Source of the DNA: Phoronis australis | Taxonomy: Eukaryota > Animalia > Phoronida | DNA: 64,000 bases | Direction of reading: 5' to 3' | Assembly (NCBI GenBank): GCA_002633005.1 | Contig: NMRA01000127.1 | Coordinates: 841,200 to 905,199, forward strand | Shown here: positions 37,593 through 50,745 of the stretch, one piece after another | Layout: each line of letters opens with the position of its first letter | Numbering within the stretch: position 1 is the first letter of the stretch | Made by a program: the position numbers and the translations under genes | Notes under the pieces: generated by a model | Seen by the model: the letters and a program-made list of their open reading frames with translations, nothing else | Databases searched by the model: none | Told to the model about the DNA's origin: nothing

Positions 37593-38897
37593 ATGGAGTC
37601 TGCGATCAGGTGTATCCTTTGTGTATCAGGAATTCTTATTGCAATCACAGGTAGGCAACCATTTAAACGCAATTTGGTCACCTTAGCAATCTACCGCGAG
37701 TGAAAAAAGACGACAAAATTAGGAACATCTCGAAAATAACATGCTTTTGTCAGTTGTGTAAATTCGCACCATTTCTTTACAAGCGCTTGTTGTGTGATGT
37801 TGATGGAGATGACGTCCCGGGATCACTCAATTTCATTAAAAGCTCCACTCGAATAGTGACCAATCGTTTTCCATGCTTGACTTGAATTCAGAATCTTTAC
37901 CCAACAATACGGTCAGTATTTAAATATTGAGACGGGTCGAGTGCCGGGTAAAATTTGGCGGTCACGTTCGACGAGTATCTGAAAAAGAGCAGAGACTGTG
38001 AGTGCATGGAGCAAACGTAGTTACACGTTCTATGTACATTGCTTGTGACAATTTCTCATACACTTCATTTTCCAACTTTAAGCAGAAGCAACTTCAGGAC
38101 AACAGAATGAAACAACGGTGCAACACCTAACACCAACCCATGTCGCACCAACACCCGTGGAAGTAAGTAGCACCAATATGCTGGTGCCTACAATACTTCC
38201 TCCGCCACAACCAACAACCTCGACGATGCTAACACCAACACATCCAACAACATCAGTTTTGCAAGAGATGGTGTCAGTAACAACTGTTGAAGCACCTTCA
38301 GAACAACTGACGTCAACAGCTGCAGCAGATTCATTGACAAGCCAGGATACCACATCGCGAGGACCAGAGATAACTTCACAAAGCGCATGGACAAGAATGA
38401 TTTCAGGCTCAACAGATCAAACATCAGCCCACGTGACAACAACAGCACCAACGATAACAGCAACAGCAGCAATAGCAGCAACATCTGCAACAGCCACAAG
38501 ATCACCAACATTGACGCCAACAGATTTATCAATTAGCACGACAACAACATCAAATATAACAGAACAAACATCGGCGCGCGTGGCAACAGCAACAACGATA
38601 AAAGCAAAAACATCAACATTTACAACTGGCATGAGACCAACAACATTGGCACCAACAGATTTATCAATAAGCGCAATGACTACAGAAAATGCTCGGACAA
38701 CGACATCAAATAAAACAGGACAAAACGATGGGATTTCTAGCTCTGGTAATTTGGATGGTGGTGAACTAGCTGCAGTCATCGCCGTAAGTTCAATTGCTTT
38801 CATCGCTCTGGCGTCTGGCTTAGTTCTGTTAGTGGTCAGAAAAACATGTCAGCGCCGGCGACCAACAATAACAGTGGCACATGTTGAGGAAGGATGA
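37593..38897 (+). CDS. Mucin-like type I membrane protein, type B copy 3 (2 exons, ~290 aa, intact)
   Basis: Exon 1 37593-37650 (MESAIRCILCVSGILIAIT, CAG|GTAGGC, phase 1) plus exon 2 38083-38897 gives a signal peptide ending ...IAITAEA/TSG. Thr-rich stalk, TM, and tail RKTCQRRRPTITVAHVEEG*. Confidence 0.9.
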
Positions 38898-41289
38898 TAG
38901 GACAGAATTGGTTTAAATAATTACCAAATTGACACCTGTTTAGAGCCCATAACTGAAAATAAAACGAGATATCTGCAAACATAAATTACATATTTATATA
39001 AAATCGGGTTGGCATTTAACTCCTATAAAATCGCTCTCATAACATTCCTTGACGTGATAGGAGTATACTTCTGTTACCAACAAGGACATCTTCAGCTACT
39101 GAAGAAAACGCTTCAGACTGAAGTTGGCCTTGGACCACTTCTGAGTGATGGCCAACCTTAAAAACCATGCCTTAAAAATGACGCATACGCACGTGATTTG
39201 AGTTGGTAACGGAAATGGAACACTATTACGGCAAAGAATATTATGAAGCAGGCTGAATGACAGCGAAAGGCCTACTGCCACTTTAATTTTTAGAAAGCGA
39301 AACAGGGCGAAATTCAGCTTTAATCAAAGGAGTGGTAATTGAAAAATTGGCGGAACTCTTACCACAGGAGCCAAACTAATGCTACGACTCTACCACTAGT
39401 GGATGATTTGCTTTTTCCTCCGGATTTCTTAGAAATTTAAATAATGGAAATATTTTATACATATTTGAGTTCTTTGGAAAAGTTCTGGCGATTTTGGGAT
39501 TTATATGATACGGTGAAAAAACACGGTTTCAAGAAAAAATCTAGCCAGGAAACGAAAGTCCGAAAATAAATGCATTAAGGAGCGGTTCATAGTTACAGAA
39601 GTATTCAGGCGATACACTCCCACAAACGTATCCCCTGTCATGATAAGAACTGATTTCCAACAGTAACGGTTTTATTGAAGAGTCACTTGACATGACGCCC
39701 TGGATGACAGGTTGAGGGATTGAAATCATTTTATGACGGTTTAGATAAGTTTTAAATTTTCATCATTTTGTGCCTTAGTAAACTGCTTTATGTCAGGGTG
39801 GCTGGCTAGTATAAAGGGATATACCTGATAGAGGAGAACGTTCAGTGGTTCATACTGGTACAAAAAATTCTGAGTATTCCTTAGTCATGATCAAATAATG
39901 TTTATAACAGTGTGATCTGCTGAAAGACACAGTCCCCCTATCATTTCAAATTCAAGCCATGTTTTAGAAAAGGTACCATAAGCTCAGACTGAGTAGTTCA
40001 GTAATTTTTTGGTTCTCATGAAACCGTGTTTTCTCACCGAAGAGCAAAAATTATAAGACATTTATCAAATTGTCTTACTGAACACATTTCTCAGTTTCTC
40101 TGAAACCAGTGGCGAAAAACGAATGACACAGATACGGTTTCAATGCCTGACAAAAAAGGATGATACCGGAAGAAAATAACCCGCCACGGTGTATAATTTC
40201 ACCATGTGATTAAGATGGGATGTTGCCAGGAAACAGTATTTTAGTGGAGCATGACCCCAATAAATAGCTACTTGCAAAATACCTGTGTAACGTATTTGAC
40301 ATGTGAAGACCTCAATAACAAGTTATTTACTTGTATAACATAGTGGTTTCCTGCCGAAGTGCTAGATAAAATGATTGTTTACATGTATAGGCAGGTAAAG
40401 CCGATTCGATACTGTAACATTTTTGTTACAGGAGTGTATGTGTGTTCTGGCCCATTATGTTTATTTTGACTCATTAAGTTCCATTTGGCCCATTATGTCA
40501 TTTTCTAACCATTATGTCTATTTTGTCCTTTTTTGACCATTTTGCTTATTAGATCTATTTTTACCCTTTTGATGATATTTCTCCCATCAAGTTTGTTTTG
40601 ATGTATTGCTTTATTGATAAATATAATTCATACATCACCAACGGCCATTAATTCCGTTCGGAATGATTGCACTGAAAAGGATCGTGGGTGTGGGGGTCTT
40701 GACACATTATGTCTTTTTGACACATTCATGTCCACTGAAAAATAACGTAGAAAATTAATCCGAAACTAAAGGAGGCGATCCAGATCTTCTATAGGATACA
40801 CGTGTGTGTCGAAAGAAGAATAAATATACGTAAATAAAACAACAAAGATTTTTTAAGTATATTTGTCCACTGAAAGCAGTTTCTGCCTTTAAATGATTTT
40901 CATTCATTAAGTTTGTTTTGGTCCTTAATCTTACTGTTGAAAATAATCACTATTTCACAGTTATGGATTACCTTGGCGGTTAACTCCGTTTTAATCAATT
41001 ATGCAGAAATGGACGTAGTGGTTCAAAACGCACACAATGGATCAAGTGGACAGAATTAACTTAAGGGATTAAAATAGATCTGTGAAGTGAAAGAGGACAT
41101 AATGAGTCAAAATGGACATCATGGGGGTAAAATGGACATAATAGGTGAAATGGACTTAATTGATCAAAGTGAACAGGAAGGGCCAAAGTGGTCATCATGG
41201 TGAAATAGTCGTAATGATTAAAAAGGGTATAGTGGGCTTAAATTGACGTAACGGATAAAATGGACATAATGGATCAAGCCGGTTACAAT

Positions 41290-41503
41290 GAGTTGCAATG
41301 GACATAATGGGTCAGAACAGGCGTGTTTTTTTTAAAAGTAGAGGCTTAAATCTCACTGCGGGAGTTGCAATGGACATAATGGGTCAGAACAGGCGTGGTT
41401 TTTTAAATGTAGAGGCTTAAATCTCACTGCGGGAGTTGCAATGGACATAATGGGTCAGAACAGGCGTGGTTTTTTAAATGTAGAGGCTTAAATCTCACTG
41501 AGG
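41290..41503. repeat. Three near-identical ~70-bp tandem units
   Basis: GAGTTGCAATGGACATAATGGGTCAGAACAGGCGTG...GAGGCTTAAATCTCACTG x3. Confidence 0.92.
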
Positions 41504-41719
41504 GAGACAACTAACTTGAATCTGAATATCAATGAGCAAGACAACAAGGTAAAGTTCAAACTTTCATTTTGTGCAATTTAACGGTGCTGTTGTAAATCAA
41601 CAGCATTCATTGATATGTGAGGGGTGGCTATAGCCAAATGGAGTTAAACTTTCTCCAGTACGCAGAAACTTTGGAGAGTCTTCGCAAATAACTATTAGAA
41701 AATACACGTGTGTCCTTGA

Positions 41720-42770
41720 AAGTCACTAAAACCTACTAAAGCCGGGACTTCAAAGTTAAAAGGGTGCAGCTCATAAAAATCATTAACTTTACATCCCAAG
41801 CAAACAACACTTTGAACTCCACCTTGTGACGGATTGAGAAATTTGATAAACATAGCCTCCTGAACACCTCTTTGAAAGATTTTTTAATTCTTAACCTGTC
41901 TTGTGAAAATGCAATAGACGATTATTCCCGCCAAATTTCTGTACCATCTCCCCTTTCAAGGAGGCGTTCTGCCTCCGAGGTTCTAGTAGTTTAATTTTGT
42001 GAGTGTCCAGCAGACCAGGTTTAATTCGAATACAATGAACTTTCCTGAGCGGATCAACTCAACAACTATATTATATTGATGCCAATTTAATCGCAAGAAA
42101 ATGCACACTCTCTTGGATGATGAAAGTTTGGTTGTTGCTTTTTATAATTTTCGTGTTAAAATTCCATTGGCCAAATCTTTGAAAATGCTTCATATTAAAA
42201 TGAGGGTTATAGAATCGATGACCACGGAATCTCCTCGATGATCTGTTTATCATGTGTAAGAACTGACATTCCTAAACGATTTGAAGCACTCTCTACCTCT
42301 ACCGCGTGTAAGTACTCACGCGAAGCCCTCCTTCGTCGTGGTATCGGTAACATCATAAGGGGCCTATTTCTCGAAAACTATACAACCAAAAGTTGATGTT
42401 TTCGTTTTCGGTTGTTGGTTTTTAGTGTACTCCCGAGAAGGCTACGGATTTCTGTTTTTTATCTTTGAGTAGTAGACAGATTTTCTGGCTCATCCTTAAC
42501 CTGGTTTCGTGAAAGGTTCTGCCACCCACAGAATGGTTTTCAGCCAAAGATAGCTGGACTCCTTGAGCCACCAGGTATCGACTTCAGCGAATAAACCGAA
42601 AGAAGTAGCGTGGGGGACAAAGGTGGTATGTCAGTTGGTCGGTCTCTGGAACTCATTTCTGGGTTGCCGAGGTTGTGCCGTTGGTACAAATTTTGAATGT
42701 GTGATGGCACCCTCTCATCCATTATGTGAAAGAAATCCCATGCAGGGATTTGCTAAGGTTTGAAATTAGC
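41720..42770 (-). mobile_element. Possible highly decayed CR1/L2-type ORF1 (SGNH-esterase-like) relic
   Basis: Only faint motifs on the minus strand (GDSV...SIFKDLANG...RKL), with many stops. The assignment is tentative. Confidence 0.2.
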
Positions 42771-44997
42771 GTTTATCAAGGTTTTTGAATGTAAACTACA
42801 GCGACCCCTGCACAGTCGCATTTTCACGGAAACAGTTGTCACGGAGCAACTGTCATAAAACAGCTGATTGGTCGCAGGTCTGCGTGTAAACACGACTGAC
42901 ACGGAAGGTGACCATTTTCCACACTAGTTAATTTGAGAGTGAGAGCAGTGTCAACTACGCGGTTAAGCACAAACTTGGAGAAGGTGGATGGGATCATGTC
43001 TGTTGCGCATGCGCAAAAGCGTACATACGGGTGATTCGCAGGTCTTCCACGTGGTTTGGTAGTTCACATTTATTAGCGCAAGCATGCACAGGCAGTCAGT
43101 CTTCGTGTAAATGACTCAGGCTGATCCAGTATGCGATCTGATATCATGTAAATGCGTCCGAAGTGGAGCAAGTCGTGCCGTAACAACTGTTCCCCCGTGT
43201 AAAACAGCTTATCCATTGCGTGGAAAAGTACTCATCGGGAATAACTCATTTTAACCTGTAGGTGAGAACAAACCTATAGGTGCCACTCAACAAATTTCGC
43301 TAATTTTGGGCTTTAAAAACGAGGTCGAGTCAGCACAAGCACTCTCGTTATCTATGTACTCTAATATACGGAAGGTATACAAGAGCGATACAATATGGCC
43401 GTCAACCAGTCGAGATTTTGCTGATTAAAATTAGGACGACACTTAAAAATACACTACAGATCGGTAATTACAGGTATCGGGGCTAATTAACTTAATGTTT
43501 GTTTAGTGAAGACACAACAACTAAAGACAAATAGAATCATCTGATGCAGGCAATGAGCCTCTAATTCCATACTTCACTCACCGAACGATGGGTACCGCAG
43601 ATTGCTCTCTAATGCCGTTTATCTGGCAGCGGTGCGAGTCGGAGAGGTATGGTAATAAAACAATGTTTTAATGAGGTTGGTTAGCCATGCAGTGTTGAAA
43701 GCACAATTTGGAAGGAAGATGAGTTCTTATAATTTTTATATGAAGAGCATGTTCGTCAAACGAAAACACAGAAAATGGATGAACATGTGGTTGTTGTGAC
43801 TGCCTAATTATCCAAGAGCACGTATTCTAATATTTACTGTCATGACCCTCAGGACGTGTTATCACTTATGTTGTTTTGATTTGATGCGACGTTACGTTGG
43901 GCATGCGCACTAGAGCGCCACCTGCAGTACCCATCGTTAATCCGTGAGTGAGCTGTGGAATTTTTGGCATACTGCCAACATCAATTGCTTCCACTTGTCG
44001 TTAATGGTTATGACTTCACGAAACAAACATTAGATTAAGCATCAGAACCCGCAATTGCCGATTTCAAGTGTATTTTCAACGGTCTTGTTCATTTAAATCA
44101 GTAAGAACTCGTCTGCTCGTCGGCCATATTGGATCATTCTTGTATACCTTCTATTTATTACAGTGTCATACGAGAGGCTGATTAAAGGTGCTTTTGATGT
44201 CAGCTCCTATAGCCTGTTCCACAGATGTGCAAAACTTGAAAAATGAACAATATACTTGACCAAAGACTTGAAAAATCTCGCACACTATCTGTTGAAACTA
44301 AATTTAAGTCAAGTTTTCTATCTGTTACAACGTTAGGAAGTGCAGCTGGCTACATGAAACACGAAAAAGTACACCAAGTCAAAAGTTTTCACCCCTAACT
44401 CACAATTTGCGTGCGATTTCTAGGAAGTGAGGGACACTGCATTGACACTGCCAAAATTCTCCACAATTCAGAAGTCAGGTGGAAGGTGGATGTCGACCAG
44501 ACAGATTTTTACAAATCCAAAGTGTCTGAAGGGTACCTGAGTTTCTTGCTAAATTTCAAAATACCGCTTGCCAGCAGTCTCTGCTGAGCAAGAAGTGGGC
44601 AAAGAAGTCAACAGCTAGCAATAAAGTTCACTCAGACACATTAAAAAATCAAACAAATGCCATTCGTAGTCTTTACATCCAGAACAGAACTTAAAATGTC
44701 CAGCTAACCCAGCAAACACCAATTTTTAATGAAATTGGAACAAACAAATTGAACCGTGACTCAAAGTACTGTTGAGCGCCACCTTAGACCTTGACATGGC
44801 AGTGATTACGTAATAGGTTGTATCAGCAGCGAAGCAATTCAGCTCATGTTTTAGCTCTATTGTTATGCAAAACTACCGACTTCATTTCTGACGTACCACT
44901 CAGAGGCCAGTCGTCACCTTATGCGAAGGTCATGGTTTTAAATTTTGGGCAGACTGCACAGGATACATGAGTTGTGACTAACATGTGAGACAAGACC

Positions 44998-47900
44998 ATG
45001 GAGCACGTCTACGACTTACTACTCGTGTTTGTGATTTCGGTTGTCTGTGATCACCAAACATATGCAGGTATGCTCTTTATCTACAAAATGCTAGTCTCTC
45101 GAAAAAACACTGTTCATTCATGCGTCTCAAAATTGACTGAGGCATTTCTAGCTGTGCAACTAGTACTTTCTCAGAAATTGTTGAGTTGAACTACACACCA
45201 GTGTTTCAAAACCGTATCTTTCGACTCTAGGCGAGCTCCCTTTCTCCAGATAAAGCTGTTTTTTGTACAGACAGGTTACGTGGTTATAGACGCGCAAAGC
45301 GTTTGCCACACTTGTCCATTTAGCAGACGTTTGAGCTTTTAAACACGCTTTAAGTCCTTTGAGAATTAAAAAGTGTCAAACATTTTATGCGCCCACATAT
45401 TTATAAGTGGACGCATTATGCCGTCATCTTTGTCCTTCCGTCCGTCCGTCCGTCCGTCCGTCCGTCCGTCCGGGCGGCGTCCGTCTCTTTGACATACGTT
45501 CATGAAATTTGGCACATATGTTCCATTCATGAATGGGACGGCATGAGCGAACTATCGGACGGATCCTACTGCAGGTGTGCCCCCTAGTGGCAGTTTTAGT
45601 TTTTACGCTTACCTTTGTATCTTCAAAGTCCTGAACGGATTTTCATGAAATTTAGTATGTAGATACTTATTAGTGAGATGACGCTATCTTCCCGTTTTCG
45701 AATGGATCGACGTAGTTTGCGCCACCTAGTGGCCATTTTTAATGTTTTCGAGTCTGTTTTTTGCGTCCCCCCTCTATCAACCAAACCGCTCAAAGGATGA
45801 TTGTGAAAATTGGCATGTATGTGCTTACTATGAAGAGGACGGTTGACGATGATTTTCCGACGATTTTGACTACTGTGGCGCCTCCTAGTGGCGGTTTTGT
45901 TTTTTTTTTGCCTATGGCTGTATCTCCTAAACGGTTAGCAGGATCTTTACGAAATTTAGTAAGTATATTTATATGATGTTAACAATGGACGACGACGACT
46001 TTTAGAAAGATCCGACTACCGGTGTGCCCCTTAGAGGCAATTTTATTTTTTTACGTTTACCTTTGTATCTTCAAAAGTCCTTAGCGGATTTTCATGAAAT
46101 TTAATATGTAAGCCCCTATTAGTGAGGTGACGCTATCCTTCCGTTTTTGGATGGATTTCACGTAGTTTTCGCCACCTAGTGGCCATTTTTACTGTTTTCG
46201 ATTCTGTTTTTTGCGTCCATCCCTCTATCAAGCAAACCGCTCAAAGGATGATTGTGAAAATTGGAATGTATGTGCTTACTATAAAGAGGACGGTTGACCA
46301 TGATTTTCCGACGCTTTCGACTACTGTGGCGCCTCCTAGAGACAGTTTTGTTTTCGTTGCGTCTATGGCTGTATCTCTTAAACCGTTCGCAGGATGTTTA
46401 CTTAATTTAGCAAGTGTATTTATATGACGTTGACTACGGATGACGACGACTTTCGGACAAATCTGACTACTGCTGTGCCCCCTAGTGGCAATTATATTTT
46501 TTTACGTTTGTCTCAGTATCTTCAAAGGTCCTCAACAGATTTTCATAAAATTTTAAATATAGGCTTCTGACGCCATCTTAATGTTTTTGGATGGAATCGA
46601 GGTATTTTGCAACACCTTGTGCCCATTTTTACTGTTTTCAAATCTTTTTTTGGTGTCCACTCCTGTATCAACCAAATCATTTGAATATTGGCATATATGT
46701 TCTCAGTGTGAAGACTACCTTTGATGATGGTGACTGACTACTGTTGCGCCTCCTAGTGGTAGTTTTGTTTTGTGCCCATAGTTAAATCTCCTAAACCCAC
46801 TGCAGGATATTTATTAAATTTAGTAAGTGAATTTATATGAAGATAACTACAGACGACGACGACTTTCAGGCGGATCCAACGGACACTGTGCCCACTAGTG
46901 GCAATTTCATTTTATTCTGTTTTCCTTTGTTTCTCTGAAGTTCCTTGACAGATTTTTATGAAATGTGGCATGTTCCTGTTTTTGGTTGGATTGCATGTTT
47001 TTGCGCCATCTAGTGGCCATTTGTATGTTACAAATAAATAACCCTAAAAGCACACCATTTGCAATGCATTCGTGGGTGCATTTCAAGGTTCCGCGTTGCT
47101 CTTGTTAAATCACTTCAAAATGGTTAGCTTTAGTCAGCGTGGATTAGGTTGCATAAAATTTTGAAACATAAAAGTTTTATCAATGCTTGTCCAAAATACG
47201 CAATTTGCTACAAGGTGACCTTCGAGGGACGACGGTTCACCGCAACGTGTGGACTCTCCGGGAAGTGGTGTTGCAAAGAGTTGCATTTGCGTTGCCAACA
47301 AATTCCTTTGCCTGTATGATCAGGCCTTCGCATGAATAATTTACACGACAATCAGGTCATTGTTGATAGAAAAGTGGCGCGGGAATGTGTGATTGATGTG
47401 ATTCAGCGTATCCAGCTATGTACTATTAGCCATACAAATACCGCTTCATTGTAGGTCCTGTTATTCTCATTTCGAACACCGTCGATGCAACAACCGTGAT
47501 GAGCGAAATCGTGACAACAAAAACGACTTCACGGGAAGGAAATGGTATAACAAGGCCACGTGAAGTTCGTTGTTCTATTGAAATTAACTTTTTTAAATCC
47601 CCCAATAACACCGCAACTGATTTGCTTATGGAGGCTTTGGAACACAAGAACAGTACGGTGTTTGACACCCAAGAGAATTTCATTTGTGAAGAACTGACAC
47701 GAGCCTTTAAAGATAAATTCAAAAAAGATATAGGAAATCTGAGTTGCACTGTTCGTCGTTTCTTTGGAAAGGACGAGATAAGGGCGATAGTTGCCATGGA
47801 ATTACGAGAAGACCCGAAAGCCGAAGACATATACTCAAAAAGTTGGTACTCATTTGGAGATTTGATAACATTTACTCAAGTCCGTTCGCCTTTAGCGTAT

Positions 47901-48533
47901 CATTTGAATCGATCTTTAAGGCAAAATTTTTTCGTTGTGTCTGTTTCTGACATAGACGAATGCACAACTACTAAAGAGTGTTCGCCTTTTGCTAACTGCG
48001 AATATTCCGAAGGTTATCATTCTTGTGCATGTTCGGAAGGTTACGTTGACAAGATGAAGGACGGATATCCCGGTCGCACATGCGTAATGCAGTGTTCCCG
48101 AATCGTCTGCTATAATGGCGGTTTCTGCAGAGAGGACCCTGACGGTCACGGGTCGTGCAGTTGTCCTGTGACGACACAGGGAATGCACTGCGAAATTAGC
48201 GATCGCCAAAATTTGAGACGTTGGGAAGTAGCTCTTGTTTCATGCTGTCTTGCTGCAGTGCTTTTGACTTTACCAATGTTTCTGGTTTACATTTCGTTAA
48301 AACGAAAAAAACGCCAACGAAAAAAGTCCACCATGCAATACTTTCGGAAGAATTTTGGACCCACAGTTGTACCAGTGATTTATGACGATTCAAACACAAA
48401 CCTAAATGGAAATTTATTCCAATCTGTGTTTCTATTCCAAGGGAGAAACGGTTACGTTTTCTTCGGTTACAGCAGTGACCTCGAATGGTACTGGGAACCC
48501 GTGGACGATTTTGATTCCGTTATTTCGTTTTAA
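44998..48533 (+). CDS. Signal peptide / short Thr-rich / SEA-like / Ca-binding EGF / EGF / TM protein (2 exons, 382 aa)
   Basis: Exon 1 44998-45067 (MEHVYDLLLVFVISVVCDHQTYA, CAG|GTATGC, phase 1) plus exon 2 47455-48533 (TGTAG acceptor, phase 1). Domains: cbEGF DIDECTTTKECSPFANCEYSEGYHSCACSEGY...GRTC; EGF CSRIVCYNGGFC...CSCPVTTQGMHCE; TM VALVSCCLAAVLLTLPMFLVYISL followed by KRKKRQRKK. The SEA assignment is by position and pattern only. Confidence 0.88.
45387..47105 (+). mobile_element. Helentron-associated non-autonomous element (HINE/DINE-1-like), full length, intronic
   Basis: T-run, subTIR ATGCGCCCAC, internal IR GTGGACGCAT and (GTCC)n. Then ~450-bp tandem core units (45575, 46022, 46474, 46887), 3' subTIR GTGGGTGCAT, short hairpin and TT. 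Confidence 0.88.
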
Positions 48534-49114
48534 CAGATATGAATTTGTATTTTACTAACAGTTACAGGCATATTTTTTCTGTTTTATAGTGTATATGTGA
48601 GATTTTACGAATTCCAGGCATTTGCTACCTACTCTTATCATTTACTAATGTATGAGTTACAGCACATTTTATGAGTTTTAGCTTTGAGCACTAGCTGTCA
48701 AAACTAAATTTGACGAGAAAACTTTTAATTTCTTCCGAATGACGTCGGTTTAACGTTTGAAGTGCTGTTGAACATTATTTCTATATGTTAAGGCATGTTT
48801 TAATGGAACTCTGTTGAAATGATTTCAAACACGAAATGTGTAAGCCTTTATCATCTCAACTTTAAGTTTAAAACTGTTAGCAGTTTGAATATATTTTGTT
48901 TGGTCATGAAATTTTTGTCGTTAATAACTTATGAATTTCTACTATAATTTGTAACACGTCGTTGTGACAAAAATACTTATTTTCCTTTTGTCTCCTGTAT
49001 TCTGTGTTGTCGTTAACGTAAGAGATATTTTGTAATTATCTGCTGATACAGTAGGTACATATTTATAAAAACCTCGACAACAGTTTGGAAAATTGCGTTC
49101 ACTCACCCGTTTTT

Positions 49115-50696
49115 ATGCGCCCACATATTTATATGTGGACGCATTATGCCGTCATCTCTGTCCGTCCGTCCGTCCGTCCGTCCGTCCGTCCGTCCGTCCG
49201 TCCGGGCGGCGTCCGGCGTCCGGCGTCTGGCGTCCGGCGTCCGCTGCTCTATCTCCAAAACCCTTTGATATACGTTCATGAAATTTGGCACATATGTTCC
49301 ATTCATCAATGGGACGGCATGTGCGAACTTTCGGACGGATCCGACTACCGGTGTGCCCCCTAGTTGCAATTTTAGTTTTTTACGCTTACCTTTGTATCTT
49401 CAAAAGTTTTGAACGGATTTTCATGAAATTTGGTATGTAGGCACCTATTAGTGAGATGACGCTATCCTGCCGTTTTCAGATGGATTCGACATAGTTTGCG
49501 CCACCTAGTGGCCATTTTTAGTGTTTTCGAGTCTGTTTTTGTGCGTCCACCCCTCTATCAACCAAACCGCTCAAAGGATGATTGTGAAAATTGGCATGTA
49601 TGTGCTTACTATGTAGAGGACGGTTGACGATGATTTTCCGACGATTTCGACTACTGTGGCGCCTCCTAGTGGCAGTTTTTTTTTTTTTGCGCCTATGGCT
49701 GTATCTCCTAAACCGTTCGCAGGATCTTTACGAAATTGTGTAAGTATATTTATATGATGTTAACAACGGAAGATGACGACTTTTGGACGGATCCGACTAC
49801 CGGTGTGCCCCCTAGTGGCAATTTTAGTTTTTTACGCTTACCTTTGTATCTTCAAAAGTCCTTAACGGATTTTCATGAAATTTGGTATGTAGGCACCTAT
49901 TAGTGAGATGACGCTATCCTCCTGTTTTCAGATGGATTCGACATAGTTTGCGCCACCTAGTGGCCATTTTTACTGTTTTCGAGTCTGTATTTTTGCGTCC
50001 ACCCCTCTATCAACCAAACCGCTCAAAGGATGATTGTGAAAATTGGCGTGTATGTGCTTACTATAAGGAAGACAGCTGACAATGATTTTCAGACGATTTG
50101 GACTACTGTGGCGCCTCCTAGAGGCAGTGTTGTTTTTTTTTTGCGCCCATGGCTGTATCTCCCAAACCGTTTGCAGGATCTTTACTAAATTTAGCAAGTA
50201 TATTTATGTGATGTTGACAACGGACGATGACGACTTTAGGATGATTCTGACTACCGGTATGCCTCTAGTGGCAATTTTAGTATTTGCCTCTAGTGGCAAT
50301 TTTAGTATTTTACATTGACCTCTGTATTTTCATAGGTCTTCAAGTGTATACTTTGTGTTGCTTCGTGACTATGAAGGAAAAGTTCCAAGTAGAAATTTGT
50401 TTCTGCCATTCTAATGCTGTGCTAATCTCGTATGTTGGTAAATTTATTTTTAATTCTATGTTTCCGTGGTGCTTTAAGCAACTGGTGTATAGGATGTGCT
50501 TGTATTATGAAGATTACTTACATTTTGCCCCTAGCCTATTGAGGAGACAATGACCATGCCTTTCCATTTTGCTAAGTACAACATACTACATATATGCCCT
50601 CTACTGGCCACTTTATGGTACCAATAAACAACCATAGAAAGGTTACCGTATGCGGTGCAATTGTGGGCGCATTTCAACGCTCTGTGTTGCTCTTGT
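49115..50696 (+). mobile_element. Helentron-associated non-autonomous element, full length
   Basis: Same architecture: ATGCGCCCAC...GTGGACGCAT, (GTCC)n and (GGCGTCC)n, 452-bp units (49351, 49803), and 3' GTGGGCGCATTTCAACGCTCTGTGTTGCTCTTGTT. Confidence 0.88.
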
Positions 50697-50745
50697 TATT
50701 ATTTTATTTTTAAGAAACAATAATTAAATCTACTACTGTTTCTTA

